This document shows, piece after piece, positions 36,545-45,892 of a stretch of 57,126 nucleotides of DNA; position 1 is the stretch's first letter; every line of letters starts with the position of its first letter. The notes beneath the pieces are model-generated. The model had not been told where the DNA came from. It saw only the letters and a program-made list of their open reading frames with translations, and ran no database searches. Made by a program: the position numbers and the translations under genes. The stretch is from Candidatus Thorarchaeota archaeon. GTDB lineage: Archaea; Asgardarchaeota; Thorarchaeia; Thorarchaeales; Thorarchaeaceae. The stretch is taken from assembly GCA_046758445.1 (NCBI GenBank), contig JBHIAE010000018.1:1-57126 (forward strand), given 5' to 3'.

Positions 36545-38058
36545 TGCAGGCAATCGAGTTCCCATTCATGGCCATATCACTGGCCGTCCTTTTTCTTGGA
36601 GGGCTGTTGATCTACCTGTTTCGCGGAAGATTAGTGGAATCGTCAGGAAGGGTTGCCGTAGGCATCTCATTCGCGTCGCTTGTCCTGATGATTCCACCGT
36701 TCTATCGCGTACTTGTGGAACCGATTGGTGCTGTATTCGAGGGTGCCACGTGGTCGGAAGTGCTGGGAGAGTTCGGACTCTACATGGATGGAATAGCTTT
36801 CCCAATCACTTTCGCCGTCGTTGTACTAGGTTTCCTCTCAGTCGTTTACGCTGTGGGTTACACTGAGCACTCGGAGAACAAGCCGACGTTCTTTGCAAAC
36901 ACGCTGTTCTTCATAATGGGTATGCAATGGGTAACTCTCGCCACGAATCTACTCGAGTTCTTCATTGCATGGGAATTGATGCTGGTTCCGTCATACTTCT
37001 TAATTCTCTTCTGGGGTCTTCCTGAAACGAAAAAGAGGACCGCCATGAAGTTCTGGTTGTACACACAGTCAGGGGCCGTGTGCATCCTCATCGGATTTGG
37101 ACTGCTGTACTTCTTCACTGGCTCTTTTGAGCTCTACACAATCATCTCGTTACTGCCCGCATTCATTAGCCAACTAGATATGCTGAAACTGATCTTCATT
37201 CTGCTGGCCGCGGGATTCCTAGTCAAGATGGCCGTCTTCCCAATTCACTGGTGGCTTCCTCCTGTCCACGCTGAGGCACCAACACCAATCTCAGTGCTGC
37301 TATCTGGAGCTATGATTGAGACCGGCGCTTACGCTCTGGTCCGGTTCGGAATCGTCACCCTGGGCCCTGCAGCTTTGAACTTGTCATTCTTCGTTGGTCT
37401 TCTCGGTGTCATTACCATGTTCTATGGTGGACTAATGGCGCTTGTTCAGAAGGACATCAAGAGACTCCTTGCTTATTCAAGTGTGAGCCAGATGGGCTAC
37501 GTACTCTTTGCATTAGGAATGATAACCTCTTACGGAGTTGCAGGTGGACTGTTCCATCTCATCAATCACGCATTCTCAAAGGGCCTCTTGTTCATGACGG
37601 CAGGAGCTGTGATCCATCAGACTCATCTCCGCGATGTTGACCTCATGGGAGGTCTCTCGAACAAGATGCCCATAACCGCCTTTGCTGCCGCGATAGGCGC
37701 AATGAGCATAGCGGCAAGTCCACCGCTGTCGGGCTTCGCAAGTGAGTGGATGATGTTCCTTGGAGGATTTGATGCGGTGTTCCTTGGAACTCCTGGAATG
37801 CGACCCGAGTTCCTTATCCTCTCAATCCTCGCTGTGTCCTCTTCAATTGTAAGCGCGGGATACATGCTTCGCTATATCTGGAAGGTCTTCCTTGGGCCTC
37901 ATCCGGACGCGCTTGAAGAAGTGAAGGAGAGCTCCCGATGGATGACTGTCCCAATGATCATTCTCGGGGTTCTGATTGTGCTCTTCGGAATACTCCCAGG
38001 ACTGGCACTTGATGTGATCATACCTGGTGTACAAGGAATTCCATCGATTATCCCATGA
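36544..38058 (+). CDS. nuoM: Antiporter-like subunit, additional NuoM/MrpD-like copy
   Basis: FFIAWELM..P.YF, A.KF.LYT, VK...P.H.WLP..H.EAP, Q.DIKRLLAYSSVSQMG, NHAFSKG, GF.SE; start ATG 36544. Confidence 0.8.
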   Translation: MQAIEFPFMAISLAVLFLGGLLIYLFRGRLVESSGRVAVGISFASLVLMIPPFYRVLVEPIGAVFEGATWSEVLGEFGLYMDGIAFPITFAVVVLGFLSVVYAVGYTEHSENKPTFFANTLFFIMGMQWVTLATNLLEFFIAWELMLVPSYFLILFWGLPETKKRTAMKFWLYTQSGAVCILIGFGLLYFFTGSFELYTIISLLPAFISQLDMLKLIFILLAAGFLVKMAVFPIHWWLPPVHAEAPTPISVLLSGAMIETGAYALVRFGIVTLGPAALNLSFFVGLLGVITMFYGGLMALVQKDIKRLLAYSSVSQMGYVLFALGMITSYGVAGGLFHLINHAFSKGLLFMTAGAVIHQTHLRDVDLMGGLSNKMPITAFAAAIGAMSIAASPPLSGFASEWMMFLGGFDAVFLGTPGMRPEFLILSILAVSSSIVSAGYMLRYIWKVFLGPHPDALEEVKESSRWMTVPMIILGVLIVLFGILPGLALDVIIPGVQGIPSIIP

Positions 38059-38068
38059 GGTGAATTAG

Positions 38069-40318
38069 ATGCTGCTTGGACTACCATATTGGCTTATCCT
38101 CGTAATTCCACTCGGCGGTTCACTGCTCGTTCCATTAGCTGGGCGCTTCAGCGAGAGGATGAGAGATTGGACTCCTGCAATCCTCATGGGCATAACTATG
38201 GTTCTGAGCTGGTCTCTTCTTCTGGAGATTGGGAATCCAGAAACCCAGACGAGCTGGACTTGGATCGCAGTACTTGGACTCAACTTTGAGATCCTTCTTG
38301 ACCCGTTGTCAGTCGTTATGGCCGTCCTCGCGAGTACACTGTGTTTCCTCATCTATGTGTACAGTACTGAGTACATGGCTCACGAGGGTGACCGTGACAG
38401 GTTTTTCTTCCTGATGTTAGCGTTCGGGGGCGGAATGCTCACACTTGTTCTCAGCAACAACCTGCTCATTGCGTTCATCGGTTGGGAGATAATGGGCTTC
38501 TGCTCCTACGGGCTCATCGGCTTTTGGAGCGATAGGAGGAACCCGATGGAGGTTGAGCTTGACCCGATTGTTTACAAGAACCCCCTTCTTCAGTTCGAAA
38601 CTGAGGGCCAGTACAACACTCATTGCGGGACCAAGGCCTTCGTTGTGACAAGAATCGGTGATGCATTCATGCTCGGGGGCATTCTAATTCTCTTTGTCTT
38701 CACTGGCACGTTCTCTTTCACAGAGATGGCCACCAATGCACAGGGATGGTGGCAGGTCATGGCCAGCATCGGATTGCTGGTGCCGACTTTCTTGCTGATT
38801 TTTCTCGGTGCAATTGGGAAGTCGGGTCAGGCACCACTGCAGGTTTGGCTCCCTGAAGCAATGGCTGGTCCTACGTCGGTTTCAGCGCTTATTCATGCAG
38901 CAACAATGGTGAAGGCCGGCGTTTACATTACTGCAAGGTTTCTTGTCACTATGGTTGAAGCCGCAGGAAGCAATGGCAATAGTGGAGGTCATGTCTATTC
39001 TACACTCCAAGCGGTCGGCTTTGAGGCTGCCCTTTCGTTCTTCATAGTGGTAGCAGTCATCGGAGGTATCACGGCCCTTATGACAGCAACGATGGGAATG
39101 GTTTCGAACGAGCTTAAGCAGATTCTCGCATTCTCGACTCTGTCCCAGCTTGGCTACATGATGCTGGCATTGGGCACTGGTGGGATTCTTGAGGCCAATA
39201 ATCTTCACTTCGATTATGCTTACCTGAGCAGCATACTTCATGTGGTTTCACACGGCGCATTCAAGGCACTCCTGTTCTTGGCGTCAGGTGGTGTGATACA
39301 TGCTTTACACACGAAGTATATCTCCAAAATGGGAGGACTTCGAAAACACATGCGAAAGACGTTCACAATCATGTGGATAGGCATTCTAGCTCTAGCCGGG
39401 ATTCCGCCGTTTTCAGGATTCTGGTCCAAGGATTCCATCATCGAATACACCTACGAGCTGGCCGTTCATTGGACCAATCCACTCGGATGGATTCTGTTCG
39501 TGTTTGCTGTTCTGGCCGCAGCATGCACCATCTTCTACAGCCTTCGATTGATGGGTATCACCTTCTATGGACCACCGAAGGAAACGCACGATTCCCACGA
39601 TAGTCAAGAATCACATGAAGAAGAGTCTGAAGAGCATGTGGAATCAGAGGAGGAGCATCATGACGATCACCATTCTGACCCCCACGACCCGGGTCCAGCT
39701 ATGATGGTTCCTCTCTACCTCTTGGCCGCATTCACAATCATAGCATTCGTGGTGTTTCCGTTCATCCAGAACATCGTGCTAGAATCCAGTCAAAGCTGGG
39801 CTGAGATCATGAATGAGATGATCATGGTCAAGCTAACTATGCCTGGAGTAGTACCATTCGCCATCACTCTGTTTGCCCTCGCAATTGGAGGTATCCCAGG
39901 CTACATAATCTACATCAGGAACGCAGACCGGAAGAACACAATCATCCCTGAGACTGGCTTCAGACGTCGAATCCACAACTTCCTCAAGCACCGGTGGTAC
40001 ATCAACGAGTTCTACTACTGGGTCCTGAACAAGTTCCTCAATGCCGCTGAGTGGTACAGAGTCAGGGTTGACAACAACATCATAGATGGAATCGACTTCA
40101 AGTCTGCAGATTCGGCGAAAGCCATATCTGGGAGGGCTCGTTGGTTTGACGACAACGTGGTAGACGGGTTTGCGGAAGGTATCTCCACACAGAGTGTCGC
40201 AGGATCTGAGAGAGGTCAGCGCGCTCAGACTGGAGTGGTGAATGACTACGTTGGAGTCATAATGTTCGGAATTGGGCTGCTGGTGATTATTGCCCTAATC
40301 ACAATGGGGGTGATATAG
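38069..40318 (+). CDS. nuoL: Complex I-like subunit L
   Basis: GWEIMGFCSYGLIGFW, KAF..TRIGD, GKSGQ.PL..WLP.AM.GPT.VSALIHAATMV, LAFSTLSQLGYM, HGAFKALLFL, GFWSKD, QTG.V..Y. Confidence 0.92.
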   Translation: MLLGLPYWLILVIPLGGSLLVPLAGRFSERMRDWTPAILMGITMVLSWSLLLEIGNPETQTSWTWIAVLGLNFEILLDPLSVVMAVLASTLCFLIYVYSTEYMAHEGDRDRFFFLMLAFGGGMLTLVLSNNLLIAFIGWEIMGFCSYGLIGFWSDRRNPMEVELDPIVYKNPLLQFETEGQYNTHCGTKAFVVTRIGDAFMLGGILILFVFTGTFSFTEMATNAQGWWQVMASIGLLVPTFLLIFLGAIGKSGQAPLQVWLPEAMAGPTSVSALIHAATMVKAGVYITARFLVTMVEAAGSNGNSGGHVYSTLQAVGFEAALSFFIVVAVIGGITALMTATMGMVSNELKQILAFSTLSQLGYMMLALGTGGILEANNLHFDYAYLSSILHVVSHGAFKALLFLASGGVIHALHTKYISKMGGLRKHMRKTFTIMWIGILALAGIPPFSGFWSKDSIIEYTYELAVHWTNPLGWILFVFAVLAAACTIFYSLRLMGITFYGPPKETHDSHDSQESHEEESEEHVESEEEHHDDHHSDPHDPGPAMMVPLYLLAAFTIIAFVVFPFIQNIVLESSQSWAEIMNEMIMVKLTMPGVVPFAITLFALAIGGIPGYIIYIRNADRKNTIIPETGFRRRIHNFLKHRWYINEFYYWVLNKFLNAAEWYRVRVDNNIIDGIDFKSADSAKAISGRARWFDDNVVDGFAEGISTQSVAGSERGQRAQTGVVNDYVGVIMFGIGLLVIIALITMGVI

Positions 40319-40319
40319 A

Positions 40320-41864
40320 ATGCAGTTCAATTTTATCGATAACTTGATCGCAATGCTGCCAATGGAATACATACTGCCCGTTATGCTGTTTCTACCAGTA
40401 TTGGGAGCATTCATCGCCTACCCCTTAGGCAAGAGGGGTGCGCGAGCACTCACTCTGTTGATCACGGCATTCGAGCTAGTTCTTGCGATTCTCTTGGCTT
40501 TTGCAATCGACACTTCGACCGATGCAATGTCATACTCTTGGAGATTTGTGATGGGCACAATCCCCTTTGGAGGTGCATCGGCGAACCTGCAGATACTCCT
40601 CGGAGTCGATGGGATATCCGTGGCCATGATATTCCTATCGAACTTGGTTGTCTTTGTAGCCGCTCTTAACTCGAACCACATCCACAAGTCTGAAGGGCTC
40701 TACTATGCCTTCTTCCTTCTCCAGGCAACAGGTCTGCTGGGGGTCTTTATGTCACTAGACTTGATCAGCTTCTTCATTTTCTGGGAGCTTGTCCTGATTC
40801 CCTTGTTCTTCATAATAGGTCGCTGGGGCGAGGAAGGCTGCGAACACGCGGCTGTGAAGTTCTTCATCTATACTCACCTAGGCTCTGCAGTGATGCTTGT
40901 AAGCTTCATGGCACTCTACTTCCTTGGACCTGGTACGTTTGAGATGGTTGCCCTTCGCGAAGTTGGACTCCCTGTGGATGTTCAGATAGGATTTGCTTTG
41001 GCTGTCTTCATGGGAGCAGGAGTTAAGCTGCCAGTCTTCCCGCTTCACAACTGGCTACCTTGGGCTCACGTGAAAGCACCAACGCCTGGCTCGGTCATTC
41101 TTGCGGGAATCCTGTTGAAGATGGGCGGGTACGGGTTCATCAGGCTAGGCCTATGGATGGTGCCTGAGGGCTTCATGCATCTCAGTATCCCACTTGCAGT
41201 GCTGGCTGTCTTTACTTGTATCTACGCAGCGTTTGTTGCACTCGCACAAACGGACCTCAAGAGCATGGTGGCTTATACTTCGATCAACCACATGGCATGG
41301 GTACTGCTGGGAGTTGCTATCGGCGCGTTTGCTTTCCAGGCCGGCGTCACCCCTGACATCAGAGCGGCCGCAAGTCTTGCAGTTCAGGGAGCTGTCTTCA
41401 TGATGGTGTCACATGGGGTGATAATATCAGTGATGTTCATCATGGCCGGTCAGCTTACCTACGCGGCTGGTTCAAGGGAGATTCCTGAAGTCCAGGGTCT
41501 CATGGCAAAGGCCCCAAGATTGTCAGCGGTCCTCATTTTGGCATCCTTTGCAGCCTTCGGCCTTCCCGGTTTCAGCGGTTTCATTGCAGAAGCTTTGGTC
41601 CTCTTTGGGTCTGTCAGTATCTACATCTGGTCAGGATTGATAGCGTTCGGGATCTTTGTCACGGTCGGTTATCTTCTATGGACACTAAACCGAATCGTAT
41701 TCAGTGACCCGGACCCTGAGAAAGAGGTTGTAGATGCTCCTTGGAGTGACCTCATCGCGCCCATACTGATGATGGTCCCTGTGCTTGTGCTTGGATTCTG
41801 GCCTGACCTGATCCTCAATATGGTGACTCCGGTGGTCAACTTCATGCTTGGAGGTGTCCCATAG
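40320..41864 (+). CDS. nuoM: Complex I-like subunit M
   Basis: GVDGIS, FFIFWEL.LIP.F, A.KFFIYT, VKLP.FPLH.WLP.AH..AP..GS.ILAG.LLKMG.YG, D.K..VAY.S..HM, MVSHG, GLPG.SGF.AE. Confidence 0.92.
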   Translation: MQFNFIDNLIAMLPMEYILPVMLFLPVLGAFIAYPLGKRGARALTLLITAFELVLAILLAFAIDTSTDAMSYSWRFVMGTIPFGGASANLQILLGVDGISVAMIFLSNLVVFVAALNSNHIHKSEGLYYAFFLLQATGLLGVFMSLDLISFFIFWELVLIPLFFIIGRWGEEGCEHAAVKFFIYTHLGSAVMLVSFMALYFLGPGTFEMVALREVGLPVDVQIGFALAVFMGAGVKLPVFPLHNWLPWAHVKAPTPGSVILAGILLKMGGYGFIRLGLWMVPEGFMHLSIPLAVLAVFTCIYAAFVALAQTDLKSMVAYTSINHMAWVLLGVAIGAFAFQAGVTPDIRAAASLAVQGAVFMMVSHGVIISVMFIMAGQLTYAAGSREIPEVQGLMAKAPRLSAVLILASFAAFGLPGFSGFIAEALVLFGSVSIYIWSGLIAFGIFVTVGYLLWTLNRIVFSDPDPEKEVVDAPWSDLIAPILMMVPVLVLGFWPDLILNMVTPVVNFMLGGVP

Positions 41865-43372
41865 TGATGCAGTTCGAAGTATTCACAGACTTCCTTAGGT
41901 CGCTCTTTGCTCCGTTTGTTGACCTAGTTGTCACCTACATACCTTCAGAGTGGATGGCCTCACTTCCCGCCTTGACTCTGATTGCATTTGCATTCTTAGC
42001 TCTCATCGTCGGTCTGCGCCGAAGTCCTCTGGTGTTGAGTTTCATTGGAGTGTTCCTAGCAGGTGTGGAGATGGTACTTCTCGAGTCCTCAACCTATGGG
42101 TCCTCTTTTGGAGGACTGTTCGTACGGGACGCATTTGGTGACTTCTTCATCTGGATTATTCTCATCGTAGCTGTGTTTGTCCTGCTCTCATCTACAACAT
42201 TCGGCGGCAACAGGGGAACATACAACTTCCTACTACTGATATCATTTGCAGGCGCAATCTGGGTCGTCATGGCTACTGACCTTGTTGCGCTCTTTGTCGC
42301 CTGGGAGTTGATGAGCACACCGACATACGTACTCGCGGCTCTCGGACCACATAGAGGAGCGATTGATGGTGCCACCAAGTACTTTGTAATGGGGCTTGTG
42401 TCGACGACGCTGATGGTCTTCGGCATAGCCATTGTCTATGGTGCCACGGGAGTGACCAACATGGCACTTGTCGCTGATGCCATAAGCGCAGTCTGGACCA
42501 CTGTGCCAACCATTGCCGCTGAGGCTTATGCAATCCTTCTTGCGATGGTGCTGTTTCTCATTTCTTTTGGGTTTAAAGCGGCCACATTTCCAGGATGGAT
42601 GTGGGTACCCGACACATACTCCACAGCCGATGGTAGTGTGACCGGGTACTTGGCCGGCGCGACGAAGAAGACTGCTGTGAGTGCTCTCTTGCGGATACTG
42701 GTTGTGGCATTCGTAGTTGCTCGCCTAGAGTGGATGCCGCTCATTGTAGCTGTGGCGATTCTGACGATGATCATCGGAAACACGATGGCACTGGCCCAAC
42801 GGAACATAATGCGCATGTTCGCATATTCGTCAATCATGGTCATGGGAATACTCTTCGTAGGGATGTCAGTGGGAACGCAGTATGGAATCGCGGCAGCCAT
42901 GTTCACAGCATTTGCACATGCACTGATCAAGACAGGGGCCTTCATCCTGACTTGGGCAATGGCTGTTCGCTTGGGTAAGGAGATAACCTATGACGACTTG
43001 GCGGGTCTCAGCAGACGCTCTCCGGGCGCAGCTGCGCTACTTGCCATCTTGGTGTTCGCGCTAGCAGGTGCACCATTCACAGCAGGTTTCTGGTTCAAGT
43101 GGCTGCTGATTCCTGCCAGTGCAGTTGAGATTGGACTCTGGTGGTTGGCACTGATAGCGGTCTTGAACTCTGTGTTCGCTCTGGGTTACTATCTCAGAGT
43201 CCTCAGGTATTGCTACTTCATGGAACCCAATGATGATACTACGTTTCGACTTGCTCGAGCACCGATGCTTGCTGTCGCACTAGCTGTGATTGGCACGATA
43301 GCACTGGGAATCATGCCAAGTCTTGTGCTAGACTATGCTTTCGATGCTGCTGCCTTGTTCGCGGTGCCGTAG
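41864..43372 (+). CDS. nuoN: Complex I-like subunit N
   Basis: FVAWELMS.P.Y.L, A.KYF..G, GFK....P...WVPD.Y, GN..AL.Q.N..R..AYSSI, LAG.P..AGF..K, YYLR. Confidence 0.9.
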   Translation: MMQFEVFTDFLRSLFAPFVDLVVTYIPSEWMASLPALTLIAFAFLALIVGLRRSPLVLSFIGVFLAGVEMVLLESSTYGSSFGGLFVRDAFGDFFIWIILIVAVFVLLSSTTFGGNRGTYNFLLLISFAGAIWVVMATDLVALFVAWELMSTPTYVLAALGPHRGAIDGATKYFVMGLVSTTLMVFGIAIVYGATGVTNMALVADAISAVWTTVPTIAAEAYAILLAMVLFLISFGFKAATFPGWMWVPDTYSTADGSVTGYLAGATKKTAVSALLRILVVAFVVARLEWMPLIVAVAILTMIIGNTMALAQRNIMRMFAYSSIMVMGILFVGMSVGTQYGIAAAMFTAFAHALIKTGAFILTWAMAVRLGKEITYDDLAGLSRRSPGAAALLAILVFALAGAPFTAGFWFKWLLIPASAVEIGLWWLALIAVLNSVFALGYYLRVLRYCYFMEPNDDTTFRLARAPMLAVALAVIGTIALGIMPSLVLDYAFDAAALFAVP

Positions 43373-43562
43373 CATCATAAGGACCCGCTGCCGATCCATG
43401 GGCAGAATGAAGAAGAGATGGGAATATTCGACCCACCAACGTCCTAGGTTACCAAACGGAAAGTGACTATGCAAACGGAAACTCGACCGATTATATACAA
43501 GTATAACAATAGTTTACTTGCCTGAATCATAGTGAGCAGACATTTCCTACTACACCAAGTCC

Positions 43563-43737
43563 CTGTCGGTGCTGTTGCCGGATCCCGGTGCTCATTGTGA
43601 TTTGTCAGGCACCTCTATGGGTGTACTTCGGTGACCCATCTCCCGTCACCGATAGCGCAACGAACGAACGCGCGAAATCGCAGGTCCTATCCGACCTCAT
43701 CTCGTGAGGAAGTGGGCGCCACCACCTACTTCCTCAC
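43563..43737 (+). ncRNA. Candidate structured non-coding RNA (unassigned)
   Basis: Nested stems CTGTCGGTG/CACCGATAG, GGTGC/GCACC and ATGGGT/ACCCAT capped by C(TTCG)G, plus a 13-bp hairpin at 43704-43737. Mismatches are G-U only on the plus strand; TTATATA at 43491. Confidence 0.4.
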
Positions 43738-43768
43738 ATCCAAATCGCTTGTGTGCTAGAATACCACA

Positions 43769-44302
43769 TCATTCGACTTGGGCAGTGCTATGTTTCTTCA
43801 CACCTTGTTCTATGAGCTCTGTGAAAAGCTCTTCAACATTCTCTCCTGTCTTAGCGGAGGTTTCCACGTAGTTGACATTCAACCACTTGGCAAGCATCTC
43901 TCCGGCCTCTGGTGGAACTCGTCTGTCAATCAAGTCTATCTTGTTTGCCACAAATGCTACGACCGCGTTCGGGTTCACAGAAATGAAGTTACGATACCAT
44001 TCATACACACCCATGAATGACGCTGGCGACGTTACATCATAAACAATGAATGCAATGCTTGCTCCAGCCATATATCGAAGTCTAAGCTCCTTAAATGATG
44101 GCTGTCCTCCTAGGTCCCACGTGATCAATTGGACGGGGACCTTCTTCCCTCTCGGTGTTTCAACTTCAAGGTTCTTCAACAGAATATTGGTCCCCAGAGT
44201 CGCCTGGTAGGAGGCTGCAAATGTTCCCTCCATATACCTGATCAAGCAGCTTGTCTTCCCTGTGGTCGCATCCCCCAGAGAAACCATTTTGAACATATAC
44301 AT
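43769..44302 (-). CDS. Rab/Ras-like small GTPase
   Basis: G1 GDATTGKT, G2 YQATLG, G3 WDLGGQ, G4 NKID, G5 ETSAK; FKELR..YM, YDVT. Start ATG 44302 or TTG 44320. Confidence 0.9.
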   Translation of the reverse strand: MYMFKMVSLGDATTGKTSCLIRYMEGTFAASYQATLGTNILLKNLEVETPRGKKVPVQLITWDLGGQPSFKELRLRYMAGASIAFIVYDVTSPASFMGVYEWYRNFISVNPNAVVAFVANKIDLIDRRVPPEAGEMLAKWLNVNYVETSAKTGENVEELFTELIEQGVKKHSTAQVE

Positions 44303-44416
44303 TGGCCTGCCTGATCCCAATTCCGATACTTCCAGATTCCTTACGGCTACTGACGGGCATTTGGAATATAACAATCCATTCTGTCTGTAATCCGTTGGAC
44401 TGTTTGACAATTGGGC

Positions 44417-45826
44417 TTAGGAGCCTTTTGAAGAACCAGGGCTTGTTCTCTGAAGGACATTTGCCAGAGCAGATGCGGCGCGTTCTGGGTTCGAGAACAC
44501 AGCAATACTGTTCGCCTCAAGCATTTCTCTCCCTCCGGGGGGCCGGCATTCAGGTGCGTTTAGCACACCCACAACGCATTTCCCGGAATATGATACCGTT
44601 TCGATGATTGTTTCGATTGGCATCCCTTCTCCAATCTCTTTCTGATAGTTCGGAGAAAAGACAATCATAACTGCGTCAAAATGCGGCTCCTTCATAATGA
44701 GTTGGAATGCGCCTCCGAAGATTTCGGGCATTGCCCACCCCTGAGCCAATAGGTCAACAGGGTTCGTGATTGGTATGTCTACCTGCATTGCAAGCATGTC
44801 TTGGATGGCTGATGCGGTTTCTCTGCTTGGCGGAGGGAGTTGAATGCCGCGGGTTTCAAGGATCTGTGCTGCTATCAGGGCAGGGCCCAGAGTATGAGTC
44901 ACGATGGCAACACGTCTACCTTTTGGTCTTTCCTTTGACAACGTGAGGATCTTGGCGGTATCAATCATCTCGGTGATCGTGTTGACTCCAATGCCTCCAG
45001 CCTGACGAACAGCTGCGGTGTAGAGTTCATGACGTCCGGCGAAACTACCAGTGTGACTCTGTGCAGCGGCCTGTGCGGCAGGCGTAGTTCCCACCTTGTA
45101 GACTATCACATCTTTATCAAGAGTTGATTTGCCTATTTCCTCATACATCTGTCTGGCTTTCTCCGTTCCTTCGACGAACAGGCACATAACGTCCGTTTCA
45201 TCATCCTGAGAAAGGAATTGGACCATGTCGTCGAAGTCAATGTTGACACGGTTTCCAATGGATGCAAACTTCGCCACGCCGACACCTGCATCGAATGCTG
45301 AGTAGATCATTATCCCGGCTACTCCTCCGCTCTGACTCACGAATGAAACGCTTCCCTTCTTGAGGGGTACAGGATGGGGAAAGAATGTGGCATTGAGATA
45401 TTTGTTGACGTTTCCTGCTCCCAGACAGTTTGGACCGATGACCGCAATACGAGCTTCGTCCGCGATATCTTTCACGGCTTGTTGATGCTTTTCACCCAGG
45501 GGCCCAAGCTCCTTGAAGCCAGCAGAGAAGATTATTGCTCCTCTAACACCCGCACTTGCACAGTCGGTGAGAGCAGGGAGCACTTGTTGTGGCCCCAATG
45601 CTATGATGGCAAGGTCGATCTGGTCATCTATGTCCGAAACACTCGGGAAGCACTTCACACCTCCTATCTCCGAGTGTTTTGGATTCACTGGGTACTTCCT
45701 GGCATCATAATCATGAAGCGCAAGAAGAGTCTGAGCGCCCAGCTTCTCCGACCTCTCCGAAGCTCCTATTACTGCAATGCAATCTGGGTTGAAAAGCCTG
45801 TCAAGTGATTCAATCTTCCAGTCCAA
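44417..45826 (-). CDS. ADP-forming acyl-CoA synthetase alpha subunit (CoA-binding, AcdA-like)
   Basis: IAVIGAS, YPVNP, SAGFKE, IGPNCLG, SQSGG, S.GN..., SHTGS phospho-His motif, NPVDL. Confidence 0.85.
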   Translation of the reverse strand: MDWKIESLDRLFNPDCIAVIGASERSEKLGAQTLLALHDYDARKYPVNPKHSEIGGVKCFPSVSDIDDQIDLAIIALGPQQVLPALTDCASAGVRGAIIFSAGFKELGPLGEKHQQAVKDIADEARIAVIGPNCLGAGNVNKYLNATFFPHPVPLKKGSVSFVSQSGGVAGIMIYSAFDAGVGVAKFASIGNRVNIDFDDMVQFLSQDDETDVMCLFVEGTEKARQMYEEIGKSTLDKDVIVYKVGTTPAAQAAAQSHTGSFAGRHELYTAAVRQAGGIGVNTITEMIDTAKILTLSKERPKGRRVAIVTHTLGPALIAAQILETRGIQLPPPSRETASAIQDMLAMQVDIPITNPVDLLAQGWAMPEIFGGAFQLIMKEPHFDAVMIVFSPNYQKEIGEGMPIETIIETVSYSGKCVVGVLNAPECRPPGGREMLEANSIAVFSNPERAASALANVLQRTSPGSSKGS

Positions 45827-45892
45827 CAGCCGGGTTCCTCCTTCGGCCCGTGTGATGGTGTGTGTATGAATAGTTCCTCGGTAATTGGGCCC

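Noticed and set aside
43704-43737. tRNA 3' end / integration site (GCCACCA)
   Set aside because: No T-loop (TTCGA) or cloverleaf upstream and no integrase nearby; the motif is just a hairpin loop.
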